Shown here piece after piece: positions 48,026 to 62,000 of a DNA stretch of 64,000 nt (position 1 is the first letter of the stretch; each line of letters begins with the position of its first letter). The notes beneath the pieces were generated by a model, which was not told the DNA's origin, did not search any database, and was given only the letters and a program-made list of their open reading frames with translations. Source of the stretch: Eukaryota sp. GEM-RC1 (Eukaryota). Both the position numbers and the translations under genes were made by a program. Location of the stretch: the NCBI GenBank assembly GCA_040285855.1, contig JAUFOQ010000004.1, positions 310,001-374,000 of the forward strand. Direction: 5' to 3'.

Positions 48026-50301
48026 ATGTATCTTTCAAAACCCAACGATGATCACAGAGGATCATACAAGCTTTGGAAACTCTTCCTAGACGATATCATC
48101 ATTCCCTGCTCTTCCCTCCATCCTTCAGATCCTCAATGGAATCTCATCTTTGATTCCTTCGAACAATGTCTGAAGTACATGTCTCGTATGCCTGTCATCT
48201 GGGAAATGTACCTCCGTGTTCTAATGCAATCCAAAAGAATAACTCTCACTAGAAACTCTTTCAACAGATCTTTACGTTCTCTGCCACTCACCCAACACTA
48301 CCGAATATGGCCACTTTTCCTCGAGTTCTCTCAACTTCCTCATATACCTACCCAGACTACCCGACTTATAGTTAAACGCTATTTGCAGTATGATTCTGAT
48401 ATGGATGTTGCACTGGACTTTTTTAAAAAAACTGGAAACTTTCTGGAATTATTCAATTTTTTGAAGGAATATTTAGAATCAAACGAAGGAACTGATCGTG
48501 TTTGGCTGGAACTTTCTGAAGCTGCAGTGAATGTGACAGTCCAATCAACACGTGTTTTTGACCCCTATGACGTTATTATGAGTGGTATTAATGAGCTTCA
48601 ATCATCTGATAATGGAACAATTGGGAGGATGTATACGTGTTTAGCCACGTGTCTCTCACGTCATGGTCAAGATGTTTCTGGTCCTCGGTCATTATTCTTG
48701 AAAGGATTGTATTCTGTTTCTAGTCGAGCTGATTTTTCAATTCTTTATGATGCATATACTGTTTTCGAAGAATCTAATATTTCAAACTATTTGAAAAGTA
48801 ATGAACTAAATTTAGCTGAATTAACAATGAAATCCTTGGAAAATATTTTAAGTATTCGACCTTTGTTATTGAATTCCATTGATTTGAGGGGCAATCTTTT
48901 TCAATACCTCTTTGGATCTCATGAGTAAGACTTGTTCAAAATTTTGATGAAAAATTTAATTATTCAGTAGACAAACTTCTTTGTTGGATTATTTCAAATC
49001 TTCCAGCGGGATTTGCTTCAGGAAAGTTTTATTCATTGTATATTATACTTGCACGCCATCGACTCAAATTTGCTTCTCATATTTTAAATATTTCTGCTGA
49101 GAAATCTCTGGAAGAGATGCGATTGGTTTTTCGTCATGGTCTGGCTCAGAATTGTTGGAAACAATCAGAAAGGGCGAAATTGTCTCTTTCCTGGGCTGAA
49201 AATGAGCTGTTTTATGGAAGACAATTCAAATTTGAAGAAAATATTTGTATTTCAAATGCAATTTCAGCTTTATTTGAATCTCTTCATTTGGATTTAGACC
49301 TTAGTGATTTAAATTTCTGCTCTGAATTGAAAATTGTCGATACTTCTGATCTGCGTCATCAATGTCCTCCAGCACCTAAAAATTTTAAATTTTCTGAAGA
49401 TTTATTGTCAAATGTGGTAGTTCCTGATAACTTAGTCTTTCCAAAACCATCTGGTGATGCAGTTTTAAACCGGATTGACTTTGATCTCTATTCATGTAGG
49501 AAGTCAATAGAAGTCTGGAGCTTTCTCCATGATCTTATTTCAATCAAAAGTGATTGGCTTCAACTCTCACGAGTTTTTGATTATTGTGATTATGTCTCTA
49601 AAAATCTTGTGTTGCGACACGCTCATCTGCTTCAATCAAAATTACTAAATTTTGAAAAATCTTTCAAATTTTATGAGCAAGGATTACGTTTGATTTCAAA
49701 TCAAGAAGATGTTTCGGAAATTCTACTATTTTATCTTTCTGAATTTATTTCTTATTACAAAAGTTTTGGAATAGAACGATTTCGCATGCTTTTTAATGAA
49801 TCAATCTCAAAAGTTTCATCTCAAAAACTTAAAAATTTCGTTCTTTTAAATTTCTATGCTGAAGCTTCTTTTGGAAGACCACATTATGCTGTTCATTCTT
49901 TAAAACAAAACATTTCAATGTTAAATTCTGCAGATGCTTCGGAGACTTTTGACCTTTTGATGACGTTTTTAGTCAATCAATTTGGATTGGCGTCAATAAC
50001 GCGTAATATATTTGAAACTGTTTTACCTGTATTGGAGTCGTCTTCAATTATCAAATATTCAATTATCTTTTCCAATTTTGAACAAATTTCCGGCGAGTTC
50101 CAACGTGCACGTGAGATTTTGAGCTTTGCGGCCAGAAAAACTACTCCTAAATCAAATATTCATGATATTTGGAATATTTGGAAAAACTTTGAATTGAAAC
50201 ACGGAAATGAAAACTCCTTTGCTGAATTTAATTCTGCAAAATCTGATGTTCAATATCGAGCTGATTTAAAGGCAAAAGAATCAGAAATTAAATTTGTTTA
50301 A
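48026..50301 (+). CDS. SYF1: Pre-mRNA splicing factor SYF1/XAB2 (frameshift ~48900)
   Basis: GSYKLWK, MSRMPVIW, ITLTRNSFNRSLRSLPLTQHYRIWPLF, RPLLLNS, WKNFELKHGNENSF. Confidence 0.88.
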
Positions 50302-50902
50302 AACTTCCGTTCTTGAATTCGAAATTGTCTAGATTTTTTAGTGTTTTTGTTGATGATTAATTTCTTTAATGTATTTAAATCCTCAATTTTTGATTAGTGT
50401 CTATATTGGGTTTTTTCAAAGTACTTCTTTGTATACAAGATGTTTTCAATCAATAAATATTTCTTTGTCGTTGTACTCCACTCTTTTATGATCTTTTATT
50501 GATTGATCTCTTTTGTTGCTCAATGGTTGATGTTGGCAACCGTTTTGGAAGAAATTTGCCTTCCAACTTTTTCTTTTGTTCTCGTTCCTCTTTCAAATGT
50601 TGAAATCTAAGGAAGTCTTCATCTGTGGAAGGTTTGGTGACGTGATTGTCCATGAGCTCTACCTGGAAAAAGTACGAGGATTTCCTTTAATTGGAGGGTA
50701 TCTATATTTAACTTTATCAATAATTTGTGTTGTATTTCTTCAGAATAAAAAAAAACTATTTACTAGTAAGTGTTCTTGACAAAACAACATCAACAACAAT
50801 TTTTCCGGAACTGCAAAAGGTTAACAAAAATGGAAAATTCTCCAAGAAAACCCATGAATGAATAAAAGTATCACATGTTAGATCAATTTTAAAACATTTA
50901 AA

Positions 50903-51652
50903 TTATTTCACACCCACCACGACATAGTTATGACACTCAAGATACGATTGCTCAATTTTAAACCCACAATCTTGAACCAATTCATCTAATTCATTCTCTT
51001 TAAATAAGTAGTAATACCTTCCGTAAATTAGATCACCACGAGGATCCTTTTTAAACAAGTCAACTTTTTCTTTCTTTGCAAAATCCTTTCTCAAATGCCA
51101 AGGAACAATAAAGTCTTGGGTGTCACTAGCACAACAAGGAGAATATCTGGATTCAATTATCTGAATTGGCGTCCACTTAGACATTTTCGGTTGTCCATAC
51201 GCCCACACTGATATGAGAACCTTCCCTCCAGGTTTAGTTATTCTGTACAGTTCCTGGATGGCCTGTAGACGACGTTGGGATGAAGAGAAGTGATGTATCA
51301 CTGCTATGGAGAGTGTAGCGTCAAAGATATTGGGTTTAAAGCCAGTATACAAACCATCGGCATGAAAGATGTCACAGATTTTGTCCCTTTCCACGATAGA
51401 ATCACGGGCTAAAGAACAAAGTTCCATAGAGATATCACAGCCAACGGCAATGTGATCGCTTGAGGAAGCGATCAGATTTTTGCCATTTCCACATCCAACA
51501 TCAGAAACAAGAGAGAACGGTGACAAAGCAGAAAGGAAGCGAGTCACCAAAGGCCAAATGGTAAAGCGAGTGCAAGAAAAATGACCTGCTATATCATCGT
51601 AAACATCGTGAACAAAAAGATGTTCAAAAGAAACACATGAAGAAGGAGTCAT
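50903..51652 (-). CDS. TRM9: tRNA wobble-uridine methyltransferase Trm9/ALKBH8-like
   Basis: VHDVYDDIAGHFS.TR...WP, DVGCGNGK, SIAVIHHF, QDFIVPW, RYYYLF...EL. Confidence 0.9.
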   Translation of the reverse strand: MTPSSCVSFEHLFVHDVYDDIAGHFSCTRFTIWPLVTRFLSALSPFSLVSDVGCGNGKNLIASSSDHIAVGCDISMELCSLARDSIVERDKICDIFHADGLYTGFKPNIFDATLSIAVIHHFSSSQRRLQAIQELYRITKPGGKVLISVWAYGQPKMSKWTPIQIIESRYSPCCASDTQDFIVPWHLRKDFAKKEKVDLFKKDPRGDLIYGRYYYLFKENELDELVQDCGFKIEQSYLECHNYVVVGVK

Positions 51653-51914
51653 TCTAAGAGTGAAGAGAGACAGATTTTGGAAGAAATCAGAGTGTCTGCT
51701 CCTGTCAACACGTGTTTGCTCACTCCAACTGGTGCATCCGTCCTGGACTTGAACTCAAAGACAATCATCCAAACAAAAAATGAGAGCATTTCTGCCGTAT
51801 TCAAGTCCTTCTAAAAATGACGATGTAATTATGTGGCCAATCTTTCCAATTGTCTTATGAGGCAGTATCATCAGACAATGACATGATTTAAAGTGTTGTT
51901 TGATCAATATTAAA

Positions 51915-52851
51915 CATAGTTGCAAAATACACCGACAAAAAAAATAATACAATACAGAATACAAAAAATACAGAATACAAAAATACAATACAGATACAGA
52001 ATACAAATACAATACAGAATACTGTATTAAGTGTATTTTTTATTGTAATTGCAAGTATTAAACTAACTGTATTGAGTCCAACGTGATTGATCTTCATGGT
52101 TATCATGGTTCACCTCTTCGCTACGCATTCTTAGACTTCTTTATATTTATCAACCCAATTGTTCTTTCGATTCTAAAATGCTAAAAGGTTCAAAAGTTCA
52201 TTTGGTCCACGGAAAGAACCGACGTTATACAATGTGCCTTTGGACACTTTTGGTCTCGTACATTAGTTGTAAAACGTCTTACTGTACCGCTTGTAGGTAA
52301 CAAAGTTTACACTTGATCTCATAGTCCCCAAAGACTACACGTACATCATCAAAACAGTATCAAACTCAGTGACGTGTAGCTCGTCTCATAAGGGTTTTGA
52401 ATCTTCATCACAGACTGACAGTAGTGCAGCTAGATTGCACAACTTCACATGGTTTGGTATTTTTCAATTCTTTAGAACGAACATTGTTTAGCGTTTCTAA
52501 ATCTTTGTTACTTGACTTTGATCGGTGTTTCACTTTTTAGTCATCTAGCATACGCCGTCGACGTACTGTACTGGAACGTTTAGAAAATTCAGCGGACAAT
52601 TTTACTAGAATTTCTGCGAGTTGTTAACATAATACATGACCCAATGTACCAACAAATAGTAAAATTGATCAGCAAGATCCTGGCGAGCGTTTCTCTCATT
52701 TACTTCAGTCATTTTCATCAATTAAAGGGCTGATAAAAAAAAATACAAGAAATACAAATACAAATACACTTTTCCAGAAAAAAATACAATACACAATACA
52801 CAAAAAATACAGAATACAAAAAAATACTGTATTTTGTATTTTGCAACTATG
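51915..52851. mobile_element. hAT-type non-autonomous element (937 bp)
   Basis: TIR CATAGTTGCAAAATAC / GTATTTTGCAACTATG; 8-bp TSD ATATTAAA (51907-51914, 52852-52859); AATACA subterminal repeats at both ends. Confidence 0.9.
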
Positions 52852-53005
52852 ATATTAAATACAAACTACAGTACATGTAAATGAAAGCAAAACTGTTATT
52901 AGTTTTGATGATGAAATAGTGTAAATCATGTAGCAGAACGAAAACAAAAAATAATAAACAAATTTATAAAATGATAACTAATAATAATATACACAAATGA
53001 CTGCA

Positions 53006-56000
53006 CTAATTAGGTGCATCAAATTGTTGAAATTGTTGTCTTGAATCAGAGTGCACCAAATGAACAAAGGGATTCAAGATCCTGTTGGTCTGGAAGTTAC
53101 TACCAAGGGTTGATACTGCTGTTCGAATTGTTCCCTTTCGAATAGCATTAATAAAAACAAGAACAGAGGCAACTACTACTAACAAAATCAATACAAGGCA
53201 AACTTGGAAGAATAGAGGCTGAGTGTTAACGCGGTCAATTGCACGTACAAACACCAGCATGAATAGGATAGCTTCAATGATAAGGTAAGTACGCTGAAGG
53301 GAAGCGGCTTTGTGGTTTTTGAAGCAATTTGATTTGGAACTAATAACAATGGCAACGAGACAGGATAAAAATCCAAAGGAATTTTGAATTGTTGCACCAA
53401 AACGCTCGAAATAGAAAATTAACCCAACAATGAAAATGGTATGGAATTGGAAACAACCTTCAGTTGAGAATCTCTTAGTTGAAAGTGTTTTAAAGAAGCC
53501 ACCTTTAGAGGTAGAAAGCAAGGCTGCCACGAAGTAAACTACATAGAGAGCAATCATCAACAGAGTTACACCAAGCTTGACCATCCATTCAGAGGAACCA
53601 CACAGTAAGTCATCAAAGAAGGGGGGAAAATGAGGGGACAGATTCATCAATTGATCTACAACTAAAGATTGATAACAAGTTGTGAGCAGGTACAGCTAGG
53701 AACAATTGGAATAATGCTGAGGATATTTCAGTGGATCTAAGAATATATCCACACAGAACAATTAAAGGCAACAAGGCTGTTGATGACCAGAATAGTGAAT
53801 TAAATGATGAAGGTAGACCTAAACATCCAGCTACGGGAGAACCAACAGGTCGTAGGACGATCATATCAATAAAGTCAAATACATAGTGAACAAAAGAAGG
53901 GAACGGTATGGCAGTGATGGTACGAATGGCACAGAGAGCTTGAAGGAACCGAACCCAGGTAAGGTAGAATGCAAGATTCTCAAACATTGACTTCTTCTTG
54001 TCTTGAAGAATTAAAGGAACACAAGCAACATAGAAAGCAATCTGACTGGCAACTCCAATGATCATCCAAATGACACGTGGACATTCAGAACACTGATCTC
54101 CTTGAGGATAATATCCAGTTTTACAATAAGAACACAAGGGACCTTCAAAGTTCTCGAAACAAACGGCAGAATCTTCAGTGCAATTACCTTGGCATCCACT
54201 CTTCTTGCATTGGACGACAGTTTGGTCTGGTGTAATATAGAAACCTTCTAAAACACAGAAAGTCTCATATGCATCACAAACAAGTCCTTGAGGACACCTC
54301 TCACACTCACCATCAGTAAGGAAAAGGTTACCATCACAAACACAAGAAGTAAAGTCTTCAGAACTAGCTCTTCTTGATCCACACTTCTTACACTCTCCAC
54401 TTCCTTCTTCGTCAGAGAAAGATCCCAAAGGACATCTAGTACAAGTCAGAGAGTCTTCATCTTTCTTAGTACCAGCTGGACAAGGAGTGCAAGAGGAGTA
54501 TCCAATTGAGGAAGTAGATTTGCCAACAGGACATTTCTTACAGATTCCATCATAAGCAAAGAAACCAATAGGACAAGGAACACAAATTCCATCAACAATT
54601 CCCATACCATCATTAGGATCACAAGTAGAGATATTCAGGGAAGTATTGGCAGACATCAGTCCTTCAGCTAGAGCAACAACTTCATGAGTCATCGCGTGAG
54701 ATCCCATGACTGAAAGAGATGAGAAGGTAACTCTACCATTGTATAATGGAGTCTTGGCAGCTCCTTTAAGAGCAAAGTCTCGGGAGGAGGGAAGTAAGAA
54801 GATCTGGTGGGAGTTGAGGTCTACAACTTCCTGGTCAAATGAATCTAACACTGCAAAGGTCACTGTCTGTCCATTAGCAGAGTGAACGGAAAGTTTGGTA
54901 GGAAGAGATGCAATGTCATTTCCATAATTAGTAGCATCATTAGAGCCAAATAAATTCTGTTCAGTGTCCAATTGCAAGTTCTTTACTGAAGTGAAGATTG
55001 CACCACCAACCATTGCCTGATTGCTGATTAAAGAGTTGCCTAACAGAACAACATCCTTGATTGAATAATAGAATATGGCTCCACCATTTTTACTTACAGA
55101 GTTACTGGAGAAGATACAATTGGTAACTGTGGATGAGTCGCTTAATACTAGAGCACCACCACACGTTGCAGTGTTTTGAACAAATCTAGAATAAGATATA
55201 ATAATAGGATCAATGGAAACTAGAGCTGCTCCAGAAAAAGATGAGTGACATTGTTCAAAGGTAGTGGAATTGATGAATGGAGTATTCTTGGAAGAAGAAA
55301 TGTTAACAACTGATAAAGACACAGACACCTCAGCGAAGAAGGAATTTACAATAGAAAGGGAACTTCTTATTGAAGAAATAATTGACTCAGCGTCGTCAAC
55401 TTCAGTAACTGACACATCATCAAAGAGTGAATCAGACTTATACATTGAGAAAAGAGAAGAATCTTTTGGATTAACATTGTTAAATGACGTGTTGCTAATG
55501 TTTAGGAAAGAACTCAAGGATAGAGTAAATGAATTGATATCACGAATCATTGCATTAGATAGAGACAATTTGTTCTTGAAAGAATAGATCAAGTGAGGGT
55601 AATCACCAGACAATTGATCCAACATGACGTCATTCACAGTGATTGAAGAGTGACTAGCAGAAATCAAAGGAGAAGCAAGAACAGAGTCTGAGACAGACAT
55701 GGAAGTCATTGAGACAGTGTCTAAAACAAAAGACATAACTGAAGTATTGGAAGACAAGAGGGTAATGTGACAATTATCAATAGAAATTCGACTAGAAGAA
55801 CTATCAAGAATACTTCCTACAGAAGAGAAAGAAGAACTTGTTAGTGACATTGTAGAGGATCGGGAATAGAACATTGGATGAGTTTCAGACTGGCAATGAT
55901 CAATAGAAGAGTCAGATAGAATCATTGATGAAAGTTGTTGTAAATTGAAAAGTGGGGAGGTTAGTGAAGATATTTGGGATTCAGAGATATCAGCAAAGGA

Positions 56001-59000
56001 GAGGAACGAATCTAACACTCGTGCAGCTGACGATTTTGATTGAGAAGATACGGAAATATTTGAAATAGAGAGACTTGATGAATCAGACTTGATTGCAGTG
56101 ACACAGCCAACAAAGCTAATATCAGAAAACAACACTCGCTCATGAGAAGCTTCGAATCCAATAGAAACCTTGTCATTACAGTGAATTTCAAAGTCCTGAC
56201 CCGTAATGTTAGTGAAAACGGAATCACCAGCGACAGATAAAGGAGTTTCAGGATGGTAAACACCAGGAAGAAGAACCAAAGAATCGCCTTCTACAACCTT
56301 ATCAAGAGTAGCATCAATCGTTTTACAGGGATCAAATGTAGAAAAACCACACCAACGGCTATCAATACCTTCAGGACCAACATAGAGTATAATTCCATCA
56401 CCTGAAGAAGTGTCACGGCCTACAAAGAGGACCATTGCTGAGTCATCGTAAAGGGGTTCGAAATGAACCAAAGAGAAGCCACTGTACTTGGAAAATGAGC
56501 CAGAAAAAGAGTCATGGCGTATAACGTAGAACAAGGTATTACCGGGATACTCAACATCTTCAGGGTGTGATACTAAAAGAGTTCCATTGTAGTCAACGTG
56601 ACCAGACACGTGGAATTGGTCACTTTCTCCTGGGTTTGATAAGGAAAGTTTGACAATTGATCGGGTATCAAGGGTGAGATTGTAGGTATGTTCAGAAGTT
56701 CCTGAGAGAACAAGAGAACCATTGATAACCAAGTTTCCAGAAGTAAACGAGTCAAACAAGGAAAGACTAAGTTGATGGTCAATGTAGAGATGGTCAAACT
56801 CAAAGAGAGAACTAGTAGAAACATTGAGATCTCCGAAAGTGAAAGGTTTGTTGAAAAGTACTGATCCATCTATTAAACCTCCTTCGAAGAGAGTAACTGT
56901 GGTATAGGCGTCGACGAAAACAGGAGCGTCAGACCTGAATTTGAAGTAAAAGTTAAGTTCAGAATCTTCATCTGTATCAATAATTTCAAATATTTCAGGA
57001 GATTCAAATTCGCCATTTTCAATGAAATTAACAACAGAATTGGATAACCTCCAGGTTGAAGGACACTCATTGGAAAAACAAGAATATCAAGTTCTACAGA
57101 ATCCAACAACAATGACTCAGCACACGTGTTTACAGAATGAGAAGAAACCTCAGAGTTTGAAATCATACCGCCATTAAGAATTAAATCAGTTGAGTTAAAA
57201 TCAGAAGTGATAGAGCCAGATGACATCATTACCTTATTAAGTAAAAGGAATTCTTCAGAAGTCAATGTTCCATTAAGTACAATGAAATCACATAACGAGG
57301 ATAAAGAGCAGGCAAAGGAGACAGAATCTTGGATAATCAATTCACCACCGTTTAATTCCGAATAAGGTGTGTTCTAACTCTGGCACATAGGAAGAACCAG
57401 AGTCAAATATGATCAATGAATCACCTTCAATGGAGAATTTCAATAATTTGGAAACAGATGAGCCGTTGTTGAACTTGATGACGCCATCAGTGATATTGAA
57501 TATTCTAACTTCAGAAAGATCAGACGAAATAGAAGCAACTGCAGGCCCTGAAAAGCCAGAAAAGGAAACATCAGTAATGTCCGAAAGAATATCAACAAGA
57601 CCATTTGTCATTGAAATTGTAGTAGAACCTTCAAAGGAAGAAGATTCTAAAAGAGTTACTTGACCACTGTGGACCAAAAGATTCATTTGTGATGCATTGG
57701 CGTCGGAAAAGATAGTATCACCATAATTAATAATCAAACCTTCATCAAAAGCAATATCTCCATGAATAAAAGTATTTGACGTTTCAGATACAATCAAATC
57801 TCCATCAACTTGAACAGAAGAGCTCAAATGAAGTGTAGAGTTGTTGTTGAGAATGAGAGTACAACTAGATTGAACAGACATTTCATTAAAGACTTGAAGA
57901 GGTACATCAAACACAGTAAGATCTGAATGTAGAGAAGTTCCGTTGAAAACAGCTGATGATGAATCATAATCAATTAAGAAAGTAAAGTTAACATTTGTAA
58001 CTGATAAAGATGATTCATCCATAAATGTTACAATACTTTCTGATAAGAGGAATTCAGACTCGGTAACAGATCCAATACAATTAAGGAATAGATCGTGATC
58101 AATAGTCTTGATGGTTCCTGTAAACAAACAATAATCACCATTAAAGAGAGATTTTCCACCAGGTAATAAGGAAACAGAATCAACAACTGTAGAATTAGTA
58201 ACAACTAACTCGCCACGACCATCTCTGGTACCACTAAATGACTCAAAGTTCTGGATGACAGTGGGTGTAGAAGAATTAACAAAGAAGAATGAGTTGTCCA
58301 AAAGAAGACCCTTAAAGATTACGTCATTGTCTACAAGATTAAGTGAAGAGTTATTGAAAACACTAACAGAGAAAGTACCATTGACAACAGAGTTAGTGAT
58401 GTAAACATTGGCATTATAACCAGGACCAATATCCCAAGAGTTATCTACACCAGTGAGGTACTTGGTAGTGTTGACGTCGAGATTACCATGGGAGACAACT
58501 AGATCAAGGCCTGTAACAGAGGTTGTTCCATTAATGACAACGAGGGCATCGTCATCAATCAATAAGTCAAGATTAAAAACTTTGCAATTTTCCATAATAG
58601 TACTAGCGTTCACGACTGACAAAAAGACATTCTTCAAGAAGCATTGATCGTTGTCAAGAGAGAATTGGGCTTGGTCAACAATAGAAAAGTTGGTGAAACT
58701 GTCAATAGTTGATGAGAGTTTAAAGTGAGCATCAGGTGAATAGACAACAAGACTTCCAGCGCCAACAATGGTAGAATTGGGGGCAAACTCAAACTTACCA
58801 TGAACTAATAGAGTTGAAGACTTGGGAATGGAGAAAGTACCGTGAGAAACAGAAGGATTACCACCGATATCTAGGGAAGTATTGTTCTGAGATGAAACAT
58901 GACCATGATTAACGAAATTAAGAGATATTGTGGCTGATGATTCATTTGTTACAATTACGGACGCATTTTCCTCATTATGGAAGGAGAAATCGTCATCATC

Positions 59001-62000
59001 ACTAATAAGGAAACTTTCCCCATCGAATATAACATCTCCATCAACATTGATTAATTGAGATCCATCAAACAAATCAATTTGGGTATCTTGAATAGTCATT
59101 TCACCATGGTTGATCAAGGAATGTCCATTGATCAAATTCTTGGGAGAATCTTCAGTAAACAGAGATTCTGCATACAAAGTAGTAGTTCCAGGGTCAGTTA
59201 GATTACCGGCAGTCCAAGAGAAGTACTTCAAGACATCGATATTACCAGTTCCAGACCTTACACCTCCACACAGAGAAAATGTATCCACAAATAGTGAATA
59301 TTGGTCATTAACTTCGAATATCCCTCCACAAACGACAAGCTTTTCCATAGCTAGAAGACGATCATCAGATGTTTGTTCAAACAAAACATGTCCACCATAC
59401 ACATGGGCAACAGTATCCTTCATTGTAAGATCTGAATCTTTGGAAATTAGAATACTAGCTTCATCCTCCACCAAAATAAAAGTAGAAGTAAAGTCAATGA
59501 CTGAGTGTGGAGAAAGGAATACAGAGGAACTACCAGTGGAATTGAGATAGTTAAATGATTCTACTGTTCCTAAAAAGTGGGATTGACCTCCATTAACAAT
59601 CAATGAAGAGTCTCGGAAAGTACCGTCCATTAGCAACGTACCATTTGATTGATGAATATTGATGACGTTTGTGATGGACTCAGATAGGAATGAAACAACA
59701 CCATCACGTAGGTCAAGTTTACCTGGCATTTCGACAGTTCCATCAATAGAAACATTAGATTTTGGATTGGAAACAAGAATTTTACCTGTCGAATTTAAGA
59801 TTGTAGAGTTGGACAAAAATGAGAAACTATTAGAAAGCTTCAATGTACCATCAACTATTGAAATTCCATCACTTGAAGAAGGATAGTCAACCACAAAAAC
59901 GTCATCATGAACAGTGAAAAGTCCAGTGTTAGCAATAGTCCAATTAACAAAGACAGGAGCAGAAGTTTCCAAAGAACCAAAAACAATTAGAACAGCTCCA
60001 TGTGAGTTTTGAATAATGTTACATCGATTAGTGATAGAAACAGCGGAATTGTGATGAATATTGAAAGTAACATCATCTCGAGCAACAATAGAGCACAAAC
60101 CAAACTCAGCAGTGGAGAAGGTGTTGAGAACATGAGCATTAGAAAGAACTTGGTCCTTATCAGAATCTATAAGAAGTTTACCATAAACATTAGTTGCTGC
60201 TGTACCATCTAGATTTCCTTCAGTGAAAACAAATTCAGTGTACACATTGAAATCAGAAGAACCAGTTTTCTTTGCAAAAGGACCATTGACCACAAGAGTT
60301 TCAATAGGAATTTGTTCCTCAAGTTCAAAGTTTACAGTACCACCAACGATTTCCATACGATCAAAATCAACGTCATCCATGGAGTCCACTTGAACCTTGA
60401 ATAGTCCTTCATTGATTAGTAACTTCACGTCTGTGAGTGACCAATTTGCTCCAGTAAAAGAGGTGAAATTAGCAACATCATTAACCACATTAATAGAGGT
60501 TTGATTCATTGTAAGTAAAGCTCCAGATTTAACGAAGTAATCGCCATTAACAGTGAGCTTGCCAACTTCATTAACAGTAGATCCATGATTGTGGACAACT
60601 GAAGAGTCAGGAGCAACCATAACATCATTAAGAAGTTCAACAACAGATCCCGCTTCAAATGCCACAAGACCAGTATTGACATTAAGAATTAGATCATCAA
60701 TGTGACCTGAATGGAGGAGGGAACCGTCATCAACAAGTCTGATATTAGCAAATGAAGAAGTCATTGAAGACTCAAAGGTCAATACACCTTCGTCTACGGA
60801 AATACAACGTGAAGAAGTCTGTTCACAACTAAGATCACCAGCAATAGATGCGTTGCTTGTTTTGATAACAAGATGTCCAGTAGCGGAGTCCATAATATTC
60901 ATAGAAGCACCCACAGGTTGTACAACAGATCCAATAACTGATACTACGACATTGTCTTCCATGGATACATGTCCATCAGCAATCCAACCAGAAGCAAACG
61001 TGATGACGTTGGAATGATCAGATGAGGAAAGAGTCAAATCATTAACAGTCTTAACTGGAGTGTTGAACGTGACAGGAGAGTCTGCAATAACTGAAGTTTT
61101 TCCTTGATTGACTAAACCATTATCACAATCAGAACAATCACTATCAAATTTGATTGTTCCTGCATTTGTCCCAATACTTAAATCACCTACAACATCCACC
61201 AATATATAAGAATCATTTCCAAAGTTGAACACAGCTTCACTGGAACCCTCAAGAGAAATAGAACCGGATGCATTAACGAACACAATTGAATGATCATTGA
61301 AATTCTTGGGTTGAGGAGAATATGCATTGAGTTGGTCAAGGACGTGAATCTCAGTGGATTCAAGTACAGAACCACCCTTAAAGTTGAAGTCATCAAGATG
61401 AACAACACCAGAAGACTTGAAAGAAGCTGTATCTTCCAGGTCAAGCAAATCAATTAATGTAATACAATCAGGACGGTCAATAAACATCCAAGCAGATTCA
61501 TCTAACAAAATGTGATCAAAGTGGGGACAACCGACAGTTGAACCTTGTTCAATAGTCATGTTACCTCCAGAAGCAGAAACTGAAATATTGTTGAAGTGAA
61601 CATTTGCTCCTGTTTGAACTAAAACATTGCCAGAAGAAAGATCGATATTAGAGTTATCAAATGAAGCAGAATCAGAAGGAACAAACACAAGATCACCACC
61701 TTCTACTTGGAAATCGCCAGTTAAATTAGAAGTTCCAGAGAACTCAATTGAACCACCATCGTTGATGACGACGTCACCAGGACCATAAATTCTACCAGTA
61801 AGTTCCAACTTATCATTTACTTCCAAAACACAGGTTTCACAGACATAAATATCACCATTAATAATAGCAGGTGCATCCACAACAGCTTTTACATTGTCTT
61901 CCATGGATACATGTCCATCAGCGATCCAACCAGAAGCAAACGTGATGACGTTGGAATGATCAGATGAGGAAAGAGTCAAATCATTAACAGTCTTAACTGG

